Origin: an uncultured Victivallales bacterium
GTDB lineage: Bacteria > Verrucomicrobiota > Lentisphaeria > Victivallales > CAZBDL01
DNA: 64,000 nucleotides
Assembly (NCBI GenBank): GCA_964490525.1
Contig: CAZBDL010000001.1
Span: forward strand, 25,474-89,473
Reading direction: 5' to 3'
Shown: positions 51,670 to 61,329 of the stretch, one piece after another
How the letters are laid out: each line of letters opens with the position of its first letter
Numbering within the stretch: position 1 is the first letter of the stretch
Position numbers and translations under genes: made by a program
Notes under the pieces: generated by a model
What the model was told of the DNA's origin: nothing
The model's database searches: none
The model's input: only the letters and a program-made list of their open reading frames with translations

Positions 51670-52151
51670 GGCCACGGGCAACCATCCTGGCGCTTTCCCT
51701 GGCCCTGGCCGCGTCCGCCGCCATGGGCCAGGATCCCGCCGCCGATGCCCTCGCCCGGTTCGAGGAGCGCTTCGACCTGGTGCGCCGCGCCATCGTCGAG
51801 CGCGTCCGCGACGACCAGGCGGAGGCCACGGCGGCCGACCTGCGCAACCGCCTCGCCGAGGCCAACCGCCTCGCCGAGGCGGAACGGGAGGGCGCCGAGA
51901 CGGCCCTGGCCGAGGCCGAGGCGGCGCTCGCCGAGCGCGACGCCGCCATGGAGGAGATCGCCCGCCTCGCCCAGGAGAACGCCGAGCTGCGGACCCAGGC
52001 CAAGCGGCTCCAGGAGTCGCTGCACAACGCCGAGGACGACAACCGGGACCTTTCCGACGCCCTTTCCGAGGCCTCCGCCTTGCTCTTCGGCAAGCCGGCG
52101 CCCCTGCGGGCCGAGGGCATCGACATCGCCGACCGGAGGGACAGGCCATGA
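51666..52151 (+). CDS. Secreted coiled-coil protein (161 aa)
   Basis: ATG at 51666 in frame with track ORF 51153..52151. Signal peptide ILALSLALAASAAMG and an Ala/Glu-rich helix. Confidence 0.5.
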   Translation: MRPRATILALSLALAASAAMGQDPAADALARFEERFDLVRRAIVERVRDDQAEATAADLRNRLAEANRLAEAEREGAETALAEAEAALAERDAAMEEIARLAQENAELRTQAKRLQESLHNAEDDNRDLSDALSEASALLFGKPAPLRAEGIDIADRRDRP

Positions 52152-52672
52152 CGCAGCCACGGATGGAGCGCCTGTGGACGGCCGACAGCACCGGCGTGCC
52201 GGAGATGCCGGCGTTCTGGTCCTGCCACATCCGCGTGGACGGGGGCAATGGCGCCCCCAGGGACCTGATCCTCATGGCCGACAGGTGCGGGGACGGACGG
52301 CCAAGCCTCACCAACGCCTTCGACCGGTGCCTGGGCATCGTCCTCGGCAATGCCGCATGCCAGGCGCGGGAGGAGGGACGAAGCGGACTGGATCCCGGGA
52401 TCCGCATCGTCTACCGCGACAGCATGGGAAGGTGGGACCAGGCCGTGCCGGACGGCAGGACCTGCCGGTTCGCCCCCCTGGCGGTCGCCGGCGACCCCGA
52501 GGCCGAGGACGCCCAGCGCATCGCCGGAAGCCTCTTCGGGGCCATGGAGGACCCGTTCAGGAACCCCGGCGCCGACGACCCCTGCCACGGGTGGGCCGCC
52601 AGGCTGTGCGCGATCGCCGACCGCGCCCTGGCGCACCGCCAGGACCTCCATGAGGAGGGCATCACGCCATGA
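52148..52672 (+). CDS. Hypothetical protein (174 aa), tail HEEGITP
   Basis: Complete ORF with ATGA coupling at both ends. Confidence 0.5.
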   Translation: MTQPRMERLWTADSTGVPEMPAFWSCHIRVDGGNGAPRDLILMADRCGDGRPSLTNAFDRCLGIVLGNAACQAREEGRSGLDPGIRIVYRDSMGRWDQAVPDGRTCRFAPLAVAGDPEAEDAQRIAGSLFGAMEDPFRNPGADDPCHGWAARLCAIADRALAHRQDLHEEGITP

Positions 52673-53733
52673 CCGGACGCGATGTCCTCGCCTGGGCCAA
52701 CCGCCCCGTCAACAAGGGCCTGATCATCACCCTCGCGGTGGTGGGCATCGTCCTGCTGCTCAAGCAGACCGGCGGGCTGGACAGGATGCTCGGCCGCAAG
52801 CCCGCCTCCGCCAGGGCCTCGGCCGGGGCCGCGTCGGGGGCCACCGACGCCACCGGGTTCAACCTGACCACCACCCGGTCCAGCACCGACTTCGGCCGCG
52901 TCTCCGCCGTGCGCGACGTGCCCGCTCCCCCGCCCGCACCGCAGCCGCGCCCCGCCGCGCCCACGCCGGCCCCGCCGCCAACCCGGCAAGAGCCGCAGAG
53001 GCCGCAGCCCCCGCCCGTGCTCAACCTCTTCACCCGGCCGGCGCAGTCGGGCCAGTCCATCGACCTGGCGAAGCGCTACGCCCCCTTCGGGCGCCTGGTC
53101 GAGTGCCAGCTCGTCATGACCATCGACTCCGCCTACGCCGACACCCCCATCATCGGCATGGTCACCAAGGACCTCTGGCATAACGGCGAGCTGGTCATCC
53201 CCGCCGGCGCCGAGGTCCACGGCCGCGCCATCAACAAGCCCGTCCGCGACCGCATCATGGCCCAGCAGAACTGGGTCGTGGTCTGGCGCACCCGCTCCGA
53301 CGACAACGGCAAGGAACTGAGGCTCACCGGCCTGGCCCTCACCAAGGAGGCCCTCCTCGGCGAGCAGTCCTGGCACCTCCACGACGGCTCCGCCGGCATC
53401 CGGGGCGAGGTCATCAAGAGCGACGAGTGGACCGAGCTGATGGCCTACGCCGCCCAGTTCCTCGCCACCTTCGCCGAGAACCTCAACCGGGAGGAGGTCA
53501 TCATCACCGACTGGGGGCAGACCACCATCAAGCCGGGCGGCACCAAGGCCGCCCTCAACGAGGGCATCGCCGCCGCCACCCGCGAATACGCCAACAAGCT
53601 CCTCGACGAGGTCAAGAACCAGGGCTACTTCGTCCGCTGCCCCGGCGGCACCGAATTCTACCTCTACGTCACCGACGTCGTCAACATGAACGAGGCTTCC
53701 GTCGCCGGAACCCGCGTCAACCAGTCGCGCTAG
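52669..53733 (+). CDS. VirB10/TrbI-like protein
   Basis: N-terminal TM (LIITLAVVGIVLLL), a proline-rich linker (PAPPPAPQPRPAAPTPAPPP) and a C-terminal domain, RLVECQLVMTIDS...PIIGMVT...ELVIPAGAEVHGR, matching the TrbI pattern. Confidence 0.75.
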   Translation: MTGRDVLAWANRPVNKGLIITLAVVGIVLLLKQTGGLDRMLGRKPASARASAGAASGATDATGFNLTTTRSSTDFGRVSAVRDVPAPPPAPQPRPAAPTPAPPPTRQEPQRPQPPPVLNLFTRPAQSGQSIDLAKRYAPFGRLVECQLVMTIDSAYADTPIIGMVTKDLWHNGELVIPAGAEVHGRAINKPVRDRIMAQQNWVVVWRTRSDDNGKELRLTGLALTKEALLGEQSWHLHDGSAGIRGEVIKSDEWTELMAYAAQFLATFAENLNREEVIITDWGQTTIKPGGTKAALNEGIAAATREYANKLLDEVKNQGYFVRCPGGTEFYLYVTDVVNMNEASVAGTRVNQSR

Positions 53734-53742
53734 GAGATCCCC

Positions 53743-54462
53743 ATGAAGCACCTGCCCGCCCTCTCCCTCGCCGCCGCCCTCTCCCTCGCCGCCGGCTGCT
53801 CCACCAAGGATCCCGTCCGCGCCGGACGCGAGCCCGAGACCCTGGTGGTCGCCCCCATCCAGGTCCCCGGCATGGACCTGCCCGAGGACGACGTGCGCCG
53901 CATCCGCTCCGGCGAGGCCGTCCGCCCCTACTACGTCGGCCGCTACATCGACCCGCACGACCGCAAGGTCATGTACGAGCACAACGTCCTCTACCGCGTC
54001 GAGCACGAGCCCAACTGGAACCGCGCCCCCAGGACCGTCGACTCCCTCCCCTCCGGACAGCAGCTCAAGCGCATCCCCGACATGCAGACGCAGGCCCTCA
54101 TCACCGAGTTCAAGCAGGACATGAAGACCCTTGAGCAGGCCACCGAGGTCCTCTCCGACAGCGCCCGGCGCACCGACCAGGCCAAGAAGGACCTCGCCGA
54201 CGCCGCCCGCGAGATGCGCGAGGCCCGCAAGGCCATCGAGGCGCAGACGGGACAGCTCCAGGCCGTCGCCGCCAGCCAGCAGTCCGCCGGCAAGTCCCAG
54301 GACGCGCTCCGGGCACGCCTGGCCGAGATCGAGGCGCAGATCGCCGATATGCGCCGCAAGGCCGAGGAAGGCGGCAAGTCCGGCGCCGCCGCCGAGCCCG
54401 CCGCCCCCGCCGAGTTCTCCCAGCCGTCGCTCTGGGACAGGATCCAGTTCTGGAGGAAGTAG
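53743..54462 (+). CDS. Lipoprotein with a coiled-coil C-terminus (239 aa)
   Basis: Lipobox LSLAAGCS. Coiled-coil-like QATEVLSDSARRTDQAKKDLADAAREMREARKAIEAQ. Confidence 0.55.
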   Translation: MKHLPALSLAAALSLAAGCSTKDPVRAGREPETLVVAPIQVPGMDLPEDDVRRIRSGEAVRPYYVGRYIDPHDRKVMYEHNVLYRVEHEPNWNRAPRTVDSLPSGQQLKRIPDMQTQALITEFKQDMKTLEQATEVLSDSARRTDQAKKDLADAAREMREARKAIEAQTGQLQAVAASQQSAGKSQDALRARLAEIEAQIADMRRKAEEGGKSGAAAEPAAPAEFSQPSLWDRIQFWRK

Positions 54463-54464
54463 CC

Positions 54465-55367
54465 GTGCCAGCCGACACCGGACACCTGAGGGCCATGGAG
54501 GGATTCCTCCGGGAGAACATCATCGGCCAGGACGACGCCCTGGCCATGATCTGCCGCGTCGTCGTCCGCTGCGAACTGGGCCTCACCTCCCCCGACCTGC
54601 CCAAGGCCTCCTTCGTCCTCTTCGGCCCCACCGGCGTCGGCAAGACCGAATCCTGCCTGCTCCTCGCCGAGCACCTCTACGGCGACCGCCAGGCCCTCCT
54701 GCGCTTCGACATGAGCGAATTCATGCTCATGGAGGCCGCCCCCGTGTTCCTCGACCGCATGCAGTTCCTCTCCACCCCCCGCGAGGCCACCGGCGGCATC
54801 CTGCTCTTCGACGAGATGGAGAAGGCCCACCCGCGCATCCTCGACTTCTTCCTCCAGATCCTCTCCGCCGCCAGGCTCACCTACGCCGACCACACCGTCG
54901 GGCGCCTCCACAACTTCTACATCGTCTTCACCTCCAACCTCGGCTCCGAGATCCTCGCCGAGCTGCGCTCCTCCCGCCTCCCCTACACCGTCCTGGAGAA
55001 GGCCGTCCTCTCCCGCGCCGCCGCCGAGCTGCGCCCCGAGTTCTTCGGCCGAATCCAGAACAAGATCGTCTACCGCCGGCTCGACCCCGCCAGCCAGCGC
55101 CGCATCGCCGCCCTCCTCCTCGGGCGGGAGACCGAGCGCTGGGGCGTCGGCCACGACGCGGCCGCGCTAGAGCTCATGGTCCGCCGGGGCACCGACCCGC
55201 GCTATGGCGCCCGCCCCATGCGCAACACCGTCGAAAGCCATGTCCGCGACGCCCTCGCCGTCCGGATCATGCAGGGCGGGGATCCCGCCGGCGCCGTCCT
55301 CACCGGCGACGAGCAGCGCCTCTACGCACCCACCCCAGCACAGGAGCCCCCCGATGCCGCCGAATGA
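54465..55367 (+). CDS. Stand-alone ClpA/ClpB D2-like AAA+ ATPase (300 aa)
   Basis: IIGQDDALAMI...KASFVLFGPTGVGKTESCLLLAEHLYG...LLRFDMSEFM matches the Clp/Hsp100 second nucleotide-binding domain. A sensor-2-like GARPMRN is present. GTG start preceded by GGAGGAAGTAGCC. Confidence 0.75.
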   Translation: MPADTGHLRAMEGFLRENIIGQDDALAMICRVVVRCELGLTSPDLPKASFVLFGPTGVGKTESCLLLAEHLYGDRQALLRFDMSEFMLMEAAPVFLDRMQFLSTPREATGGILLFDEMEKAHPRILDFFLQILSAARLTYADHTVGRLHNFYIVFTSNLGSEILAELRSSRLPYTVLEKAVLSRAAAELRPEFFGRIQNKIVYRRLDPASQRRIAALLLGRETERWGVGHDAAALELMVRRGTDPRYGARPMRNTVESHVRDALAVRIMQGGDPAGAVLTGDEQRLYAPTPAQEPPDAAE

Positions 55368-55668
55368 ATGCCTCGTCTCCTACCCGTGGCTCTCCGCCGA
55401 GGACGCCGACGGCAACATGGTCCTCGCCAACCTCGCCGAGATCCGCGCCGTCAGCCGCGACGCCGCCAGGGGGCAGACCGTCGTCCATGCCGCCGGCCTG
55501 CCCTGGCCATGCCGCCTGCCCGATCCCGACGGACAGGTCGCCAGGGCCATCCGCGAGGCCCTCGTCGACGCCGCAACCAAGCCGTTCGACCTCGGCGGAA
55601 TGTCCATCCACGCCGAGCGCCGGGACGTGCCCCCGGGAACCTTCGACCAGTTCGAGGAGACTGAATGA
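55354..55668 (+). CDS. Hypothetical protein (104 aa)
   Basis: ATG at 55354 in frame with track ORF 55204..55668. Overlaps the 3' end of the ATPase gene. Confidence 0.45.
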   Translation: MPPNECLVSYPWLSAEDADGNMVLANLAEIRAVSRDAARGQTVVHAAGLPWPCRLPDPDGQVARAIREALVDAATKPFDLGGMSIHAERRDVPPGTFDQFEETE

Positions 55669-56333
55669 TGAAGGCAGCGCCATTCATTGCAACGGCCATG
55701 ATCGTAATCGGCTCTCTCCATGGCGCCGACATCACCACCCTGGACGGAACCACATATACCAACATACGGTATGTCCAGGTGAGGCCAGACTACATTCGGA
55801 TTGAGCATGACGACGGAAAGGCGCTGATCAAGAGCGACAACCTGTCTCCCCGCACTATTGTCACGGCCACCGGAACCGAATACACCGACGCCAAGCTCAT
55901 CGGACTGGCCCCGGATTCCATAGAGATATCCTTCAGCGGGGGGATCAAGAGGCTGAAACTTGAAGCCCTTCCCCCCGACCTCCAGGAGGAGTTCGGTTAT
56001 GACCCCGGCAAAGTGAAGGAGCACTCCAAGGAACAGGCGGCAAGGCAGTTGGAGTGGGAAAGGAAGGCAAACGAGAGGAGGAAGGAGGAAGAGGAAGTCA
56101 ATGCTACGGCAGCTGCACGAGCACAAAATAGTATTGAAATTGCGAACACCGAAAGAACTAAGGTGCTTGTGAAGTTGTCCCCTGTTCGGGTTGTGCGCAA
56201 TGGTTGCATCATGCGAGGAACATATCTCCAAAAGATGAAAGAGGCCTCGCATTTACCCAAATATGTACCATTCAAGGAATATATATTTCTTGCGGGGCAT
56301 ATGGGGGGGCGAATACTCGGGGGCAGCGTATGA
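55665..56333 (+). CDS. Secreted hypothetical protein (222 aa), lower GC
   Basis: Signal-like MMKAAPFIATAMIVIGSLHG. ATGA coupling. Visibly AT-richer than its neighbours. Confidence 0.5.
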   Translation: MMKAAPFIATAMIVIGSLHGADITTLDGTTYTNIRYVQVRPDYIRIEHDDGKALIKSDNLSPRTIVTATGTEYTDAKLIGLAPDSIEISFSGGIKRLKLEALPPDLQEEFGYDPGKVKEHSKEQAARQLEWERKANERRKEEEEVNATAAARAQNSIEIANTERTKVLVKLSPVRVVRNGCIMRGTYLQKMKEASHLPKYVPFKEYIFLAGHMGGRILGGSV

Positions 56334-56490
56334 CAGTGGTAGATCCGAAGGATTCACGACGGGCTATACAATGGTGTATTACAAGAGGTATGGGAAGACC
56401 CCACAAGCAGCCCTCGGCACCGGAAACAAATAATCCGCAGAAACTGTGAATGTCATCATAAGCATGGATGGCACCAAGGGAGAAGGGATC

Positions 56491-56904
56491 ATGCAAATTG
56501 CGAAGATTATGCCGAGTAATGGTGTCAGCGCTGAATACTGGAACCTGCTAGGCGTTGTCGGGAGCGAGAGATTCACCCGTGGGCATCGGCGGGACCGGCA
56601 AGGGGATGTCATCGAGGTGGATATTAAGCCCGAGGCGGTGATTGAATTCTTCCAGAACCAAGAGTTTTTCTCGCGCGATGATGCAAGCGGGGGACGTCGC
56701 TTGTGCAAGTCGCTGCGCGTCCCCGTATCGTGCCTCGCTTTTGCGGAGCACACAGAAGACCATGCCATGAACCACCGCATCCGCACATCCGCCGACGATC
56801 CCGAGTCGATCCTGACCACGGAGCATCCCGCATCCAGCCATGGGCCGGAAGGCCCCAGGCTCCCGGCGCGGGAGATGGATTGCGGGGAGGGCATCGCCCC
56901 ATGA
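56491..56904 (+). CDS. Hypothetical protein (137 aa), tail GEGIAP
   Basis: ATG at 56491 is preceded by AGGGAGAAGGG. Alternative starts at 56446 and 56464. Confidence 0.45.
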   Translation: MQIAKIMPSNGVSAEYWNLLGVVGSERFTRGHRRDRQGDVIEVDIKPEAVIEFFQNQEFFSRDDASGGRRLCKSLRVPVSCLAFAEHTEDHAMNHRIRTSADDPESILTTEHPASSHGPEGPRLPAREMDCGEGIAP

Positions 56905-57281
56905 ACATGGCAAGCGCCAGGGCAGTAGCACGGCACGGAGCATGCCTCCTGGCCATCCTCCTGCTTTCCCTGGCCATCGGCGGGTTCACGTTGGGATTCA
57001 CCGAGGTCAGGCTTGGAAGCAAGGAGCGCCCGGATGCCCCGCTGGCCAGCCGGATCGCCGCAAGGACCATCGCCGGCGGCGCCATGGGCGTCTTCTCGGT
57101 CTTCTCCCTCGGGCGCATCCCCACCGGCAACGGATCCCGGACCAGCGCCTGGCCCTATGCCGGGCCCGTCCTTGCCATCGGCCTCATCGCCTATGCGCTG
57201 CTCTCGATGGCGCATTCACCATGTCCGGAGGCCAAGTGCGGACCGGAACCCCGGGACGAACCGATGGAGCCCTGCCCATGA
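56901..57281 (+). CDS. Small membrane protein (126 aa)
   Basis: ATG at 56901 (ATGA overlap). Three hydrophobic segments. Confidence 0.5.
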   Translation: MNMASARAVARHGACLLAILLLSLAIGGFTLGFTEVRLGSKERPDAPLASRIAARTIAGGAMGVFSVFSLGRIPTGNGSRTSAWPYAGPVLAIGLIAYALLSMAHSPCPEAKCGPEPRDEPMEPCP

Positions 57282-57565
57282 CCCGGAACAACTCCTACCG
57301 CAGCGTCGAGTACGCCGGCCGGTCCTGGTGCCACCAGCAGGCCCAGGGCCTGCTCAACGCCGCCGGCGCACGGGGCCAGGTCAAGACCGAGTGCATCCAT
57401 GGAGCCTGGTTCGCCACCATCCATGACCACCAGGACCGGAAAAGCGGCCTCGGCCACGGCAAGACCCTCTTCGAGGCCATGTGCAACGCCATCGAGCGGG
57501 CCACCCCCGTGACGGTGCCGCCACCGGCCCCGGTTGAGGAGCAGGAACAGGGGATTGCCCCGTGA
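57278..57565 (+). CDS. Hypothetical protein (95 aa), tail EQEQGIAP
   Basis: ATG at 57278 (ATGA overlap), in frame with track ORF 56840..57565. Confidence 0.5.
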   Translation: MTRNNSYRSVEYAGRSWCHQQAQGLLNAAGARGQVKTECIHGAWFATIHDHQDRKSGLGHGKTLFEAMCNAIERATPVTVPPPAPVEEQEQGIAP

Positions 57566-57596
57566 AGACCGCTGGACATCTAGCAATGGTGCAGGC

Positions 57597-58046
57597 ATGA
57601 AGGAGCAACAGGCCATGGCGTGGAACCCAAGCCCTAAGGTAGCCGATTGCCGGGACATTGCCCGGAAGTGGGGAGACAAGCACCAGGTCATCGTGCTGGC
57701 CATTGACCGCGCATCCGGTACGCTTGAAATGGCGACCTATGGCCATACGCGGCAGACATGCGCCGATGCCTCCCGGCTGGGCAATGCGGCGTGGAAGGCC
57801 GTCATGGACAACTACGAGGACGAGGTGCTGCCGGGCGCCAAGCTGAAGCCGGCGCCGGTGGAGAATGACGGCGAGAACCCGACTCGGCCGCCGGCGGATG
57901 GCCTGACGATCTTTGTTCCCGTCGAGGCCGCGACCGGACGCACCAGCAGGCTGACCACGCCGACATTCTTCGAGGACGAGACACGCCGCCGCCGGCTTTC
58001 GCCGGGGTGGGAATGGCACGAATTCATGTTGTCGGCAAGGGAATAG
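57597..58046 (+). CDS. Hypothetical protein (149 aa)
   Basis: ATG at 57597 in frame with track ORF 57534..58046. Confidence 0.45.
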   Translation: MKEQQAMAWNPSPKVADCRDIARKWGDKHQVIVLAIDRASGTLEMATYGHTRQTCADASRLGNAAWKAVMDNYEDEVLPGAKLKPAPVENDGENPTRPPADGLTIFVPVEAATGRTSRLTTPTFFEDETRRRRLSPGWEWHEFMLSARE

Positions 58047-58055
58047 GCGGAAATC

Positions 58056-58655
58056 ATGGCAGACGCAGGAACCACTATCGACAACGCGCCCGGCGGGCTT
58101 TGCCACCGCTGCGAGGAACGCGCCCTGTTCCTTGAGGGAGCTGCGGGCGGCCGCCCACGGGCCGAGTGCGGGCAGCCGGCGGTCTCCAAGCATGCCTGCT
58201 ACTGCTACCGGCCGGTCCGGCCGATTCTGCTCGTGCCCGTCGAGGGGGACGACCGCCCTGTCGAGGCCGGGATAATCCAATGCGCCAGGACGCGCCGCGC
58301 GGGCCTGATGCGGGGCGAGATACTGAGCACCTGGCAGGAAGGCGGCCTCGCCATGTGGTGGAAGGCCGATCCGTACAGGAGCAAGGATGCCCACCTGCCC
58401 ACGAAGCAGCGGATCGACTTCGAGGACGGGACATCGCGCTGGATCACCCAGGGGGACGTGGACAGGACCGGGACGCTCGCCGACGGCTGCGTCATCGTGG
58501 AGGAGCGCGATGCCGGGAGCGGCGACGAATGGAAGATCGTCGCAGCGGCCGGAAGCAGGGAGGAGACCATGGAAAGCGTCGCCGAGATGTACGCGAAGGA
58601 AGGCGACGGCGGACACGAGAAGGATACCAGAACCGGAAAGGTGACAACCCCATGA
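58056..58655 (+). CDS. Hypothetical protein (199 aa), tail GKVTTP
   Basis: Complete ORF. ATGA overlap with the next gene. Confidence 0.5.
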   Translation: MADAGTTIDNAPGGLCHRCEERALFLEGAAGGRPRAECGQPAVSKHACYCYRPVRPILLVPVEGDDRPVEAGIIQCARTRRAGLMRGEILSTWQEGGLAMWWKADPYRSKDAHLPTKQRIDFEDGTSRWITQGDVDRTGTLADGCVIVEERDAGSGDEWKIVAAAGSREETMESVAEMYAKEGDGGHEKDTRTGKVTTP

Positions 58656-59104
58656 AGACCCCGCTTTGCATCGTCGTCGCGGCCGCCGCCATCGCGGCGC
58701 TCGTCGGCTGCCAGTCCCCGCCCACCAAGGTCGTCACCCTCCACGAGGTCCTGCGACAGCCGCCCTCCGGGATCGTCCCCCAGGTCAACCCCAACCCCAT
58801 CTTCGGGTCGCAGCACATCCGCCGCGCCGAGGCCGTCATCGCCCCCACCGGAAACGGCCTGGAGATGCTCTGCGAAACCGACAGGGTCGGAGCCGAGGCC
58901 TGGTTCCAGGCCAGCCGCGCATTCTGCAACCGCCCCGTCGCCGTCCTCCTCGACGGCCAATTCCTCCATGTCGTCGTCCTCCAGGCCGCCGCCAGGGACG
59001 ACATCCGCACCTTCACCATCCCGGGCCCCTTCGTCTGGGACGACGCCAAGCACATCGCCAAGGAGTCCGAGGACAACTACCGGAAGCTCAACAGGGAGAA
59101 GTAG
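58652..59104 (+). CDS. Lipoprotein (150 aa)
   Basis: ATG at 58652. Lipobox AAIAALVGCQS. Confidence 0.55.
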   Translation: MKTPLCIVVAAAAIAALVGCQSPPTKVVTLHEVLRQPPSGIVPQVNPNPIFGSQHIRRAEAVIAPTGNGLEMLCETDRVGAEAWFQASRAFCNRPVAVLLDGQFLHVVVLQAAARDDIRTFTIPGPFVWDDAKHIAKESEDNYRKLNREK

Positions 59105-59106
59105 CC

Positions 59107-59469
59107 GTGGGCAGGAAAGCCAAGCAGGAGCGCATGGATCCCGAGATCATGGACCTGATCTATCCGCCCGAGGATAGGCTCCCCTTCCCGACACGCCCCC
59201 TGGAGACCCAGGACGGTATGGTCGAGGAGTACATCATCCCCGACGAGAAGAGGCTGGAGGTGCTGGAGTCCATGTGCATCTTCGAGCCGCCCAAGCTCGA
59301 TGACGAGATCCTTGACATAAACGAGGGGAAGACCTTTATTGCCCGGGAGTTCCTCGTGGTCCGCGAGAACAACCAGAACCTCCTGGTCAGCCCATTCTAC
59401 CCGACCAGCGGAGGAACGGTGATGGATTGGTCATATGACGGACCGGATGACGAGGAGGAAGATGGCTAG
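59107..59469 (+). CDS. Hypothetical acidic protein (120 aa)
   Basis: GTG start in the context GGGAGAAGTAGCCGTG, the same AAGTAGCCGTG context as the Clp-like gene. Alternative ATG at 59134. Confidence 0.4.
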   Translation: MGRKAKQERMDPEIMDLIYPPEDRLPFPTRPLETQDGMVEEYIIPDEKRLEVLESMCIFEPPKLDDEILDINEGKTFIAREFLVVRENNQNLLVSPFYPTSGGTVMDWSYDGPDDEEEDG

Positions 59470-59748
59470 GCCATGGCCCACGTTCGACACATCCAAAGGA
59501 ACGAGAATCCCGCAGGATATTCCATACAGGATGCTGTGTACAAGACACGTCATGACATCCACCGCGATACCACCATACCTCCCTTGACCAAGTTGCGACT
59601 GTTGGCCAGGCTGGACGGGGTTCCGCCGGAAAACGTCTTTCCACGCCAAATATCGGAGAAGGAAGGGACGAAGCCACCATCAAGGTCTTGACTTCATCCT
59701 CTTCCGCGCTACCTTCAACACATAATGACGTTAGCCACGAGATAAACC

Positions 59749-61329
59749 ATGCGCTCCGAACAAGAGTTGATCGCGATGTCCCTTGCCTTGATAGGGGGGC
59801 AGGTTGGGTTGTCAGTCGCTGAGCGAATACTGGCAAGTTCAGTTGTTGGTATAACTCCCAATGCGCGTGACGTTAATTCCTTTCGCAGTCGGATTATTTC
59901 AGGAAATGATCCTCTTGGCGAAGCGTTTACAATGATTCGGTCGGCTCAAAAGCGTCGTGTTACTGGCGCTGTCCTTACGCCGCATCAAATCGTTAATTCA
60001 ATAGTAAAATGGCTATTAGGCCAAGGGACACCGGCTCGTATCATAGATCCAGGTGCCGGGTCGGGGCGATTCATCTTGGCGGCAGGTAAGGCGTTTCCTA
60101 ATGCTCAACTCGTGGCGGTCGAAAAGGATCCACTGGTGGCGTTGATGGTACGCGCCAACCTACATGTGTGTGGATGGATGAAGCGGTCAACTATTGTCGT
60201 AAATGACTATCGCCAGGTAAAATTACCGCGTTGCAACGGGATGACTGCTTTCATCGGCAATCCACCCTATGTGCGCCACCATGACATCGGCGAGAAATGG
60301 AAAGCCTGGTACTCGGCTAAATTTACCCAATATGGCATCAAGGCCAGCGAGTTGGCGGGTTTACATCTGCACTTTTTCCTACAAACTCGCATGTTAGCCC
60401 AGCATGGAGATATTGGCGCATTCATTACCTCAGCCGAATGGATGGATGTCAATTATGGGTATGCCCTACGCATGCTTTTGATTAAAGAACTCGGGGGAAT
60501 TGCGTTGCATGTATTGGAACCAACCGTCGCCGCCTTTCCTGGTACAGCCACTACGGCGGCAATTACATGTTTCCATGTTGGCGAAGCAGTTCGCCCGATT
60601 CGTGTACGTTCGGTCGCAAAGTTGAATAGACTGAACGGATTAACCAATGGCGTTGATGTTACACGGGAGCGCTTGCAGGCCGAACCACGTTGGTCAATCA
60701 TTGTGCGCCCCGCTGCGGTTGCCAGCGGGGGGGAGATTGAGTTGGGAGAACTTTTTCGGGTGCATCGAGGTCAGGTTACCGGTGCAAACGATATCTGGAT
60801 TGTTGGCGAGCACGCCAAGAGGCTTCCTGAACGCATAAAAATACCCTCTGTCACTAAGGCAAAGGATTTGATTCAGGCAGGTGCAGCCCTTAACTCAGAT
60901 CAGGTCTTGCGCCGCGTCATCGACTTGCCTCCTGATTTGGATGAATTCACTGGGGAAGAGCAGAAGAACATTGAAGCATTCCTTGTTTGGGCTAGAGCAC
61001 AAGGGGTTGACAAGGGCTATGTTGCCCAACATCGCAAAGCATGGTGGTCGGTTGGCCTCAAGTCCCCAGCGCCTATCCTTTGCACTTATATGGCACGTCG
61101 GCCGCCACAATTCACCTTAAATGCCTGTAGTGCGAGGCACATCAATGTGGCGCATGGACTCTACCCCCATGGTAATCTTCCAGATGTCCTTATGTCCCGC
61201 CTTGTAGCATGGCTGAACGAGAACATCAAAATAGGAAGCGGCAGAACTTATGCAGGCGGTCTGACGAAGTTCGAGCCAAGGGAGATTGAGCGCCTACGCA
61301 TACCAAGCCCTGCAACCCTTACCGCATGA
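59749..61329 (+). CDS. N6-adenine DNA methyltransferase (gamma-class, Eco57I/TaqI-like)
   Basis: SAM-binding motif I IIDPGAGSGRFILAAG and catalytic motif IV FIGNPPYVRHH. Lower-GC region. Confidence 0.85.
   Translation: MRSEQELIAMSLALIGGQVGLSVAERILASSVVGITPNARDVNSFRSRIISGNDPLGEAFTMIRSAQKRRVTGAVLTPHQIVNSIVKWLLGQGTPARIIDPGAGSGRFILAAGKAFPNAQLVAVEKDPLVALMVRANLHVCGWMKRSTIVVNDYRQVKLPRCNGMTAFIGNPPYVRHHDIGEKWKAWYSAKFTQYGIKASELAGLHLHFFLQTRMLAQHGDIGAFITSAEWMDVNYGYALRMLLIKELGGIALHVLEPTVAAFPGTATTAAITCFHVGEAVRPIRVRSVAKLNRLNGLTNGVDVTRERLQAEPRWSIIVRPAAVASGGEIELGELFRVHRGQVTGANDIWIVGEHAKRLPERIKIPSVTKAKDLIQAGAALNSDQVLRRVIDLPPDLDEFTGEEQKNIEAFLVWARAQGVDKGYVAQHRKAWWSVGLKSPAPILCTYMARRPPQFTLNACSARHINVAHGLYPHGNLPDVLMSRLVAWLNENIKIGSGRTYAGGLTKFEPREIERLRIPSPATLTA

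Noticed and set aside
54465-55367. AAA+ ATPase considered as a candidate missing Cas3 helicase or VirB11
   Set aside because: Its motifs are those of the Hsp100/Clp D2 domain, not SF2 helicase/HD (Cas3) and not the VirB11 RecA-like fold.
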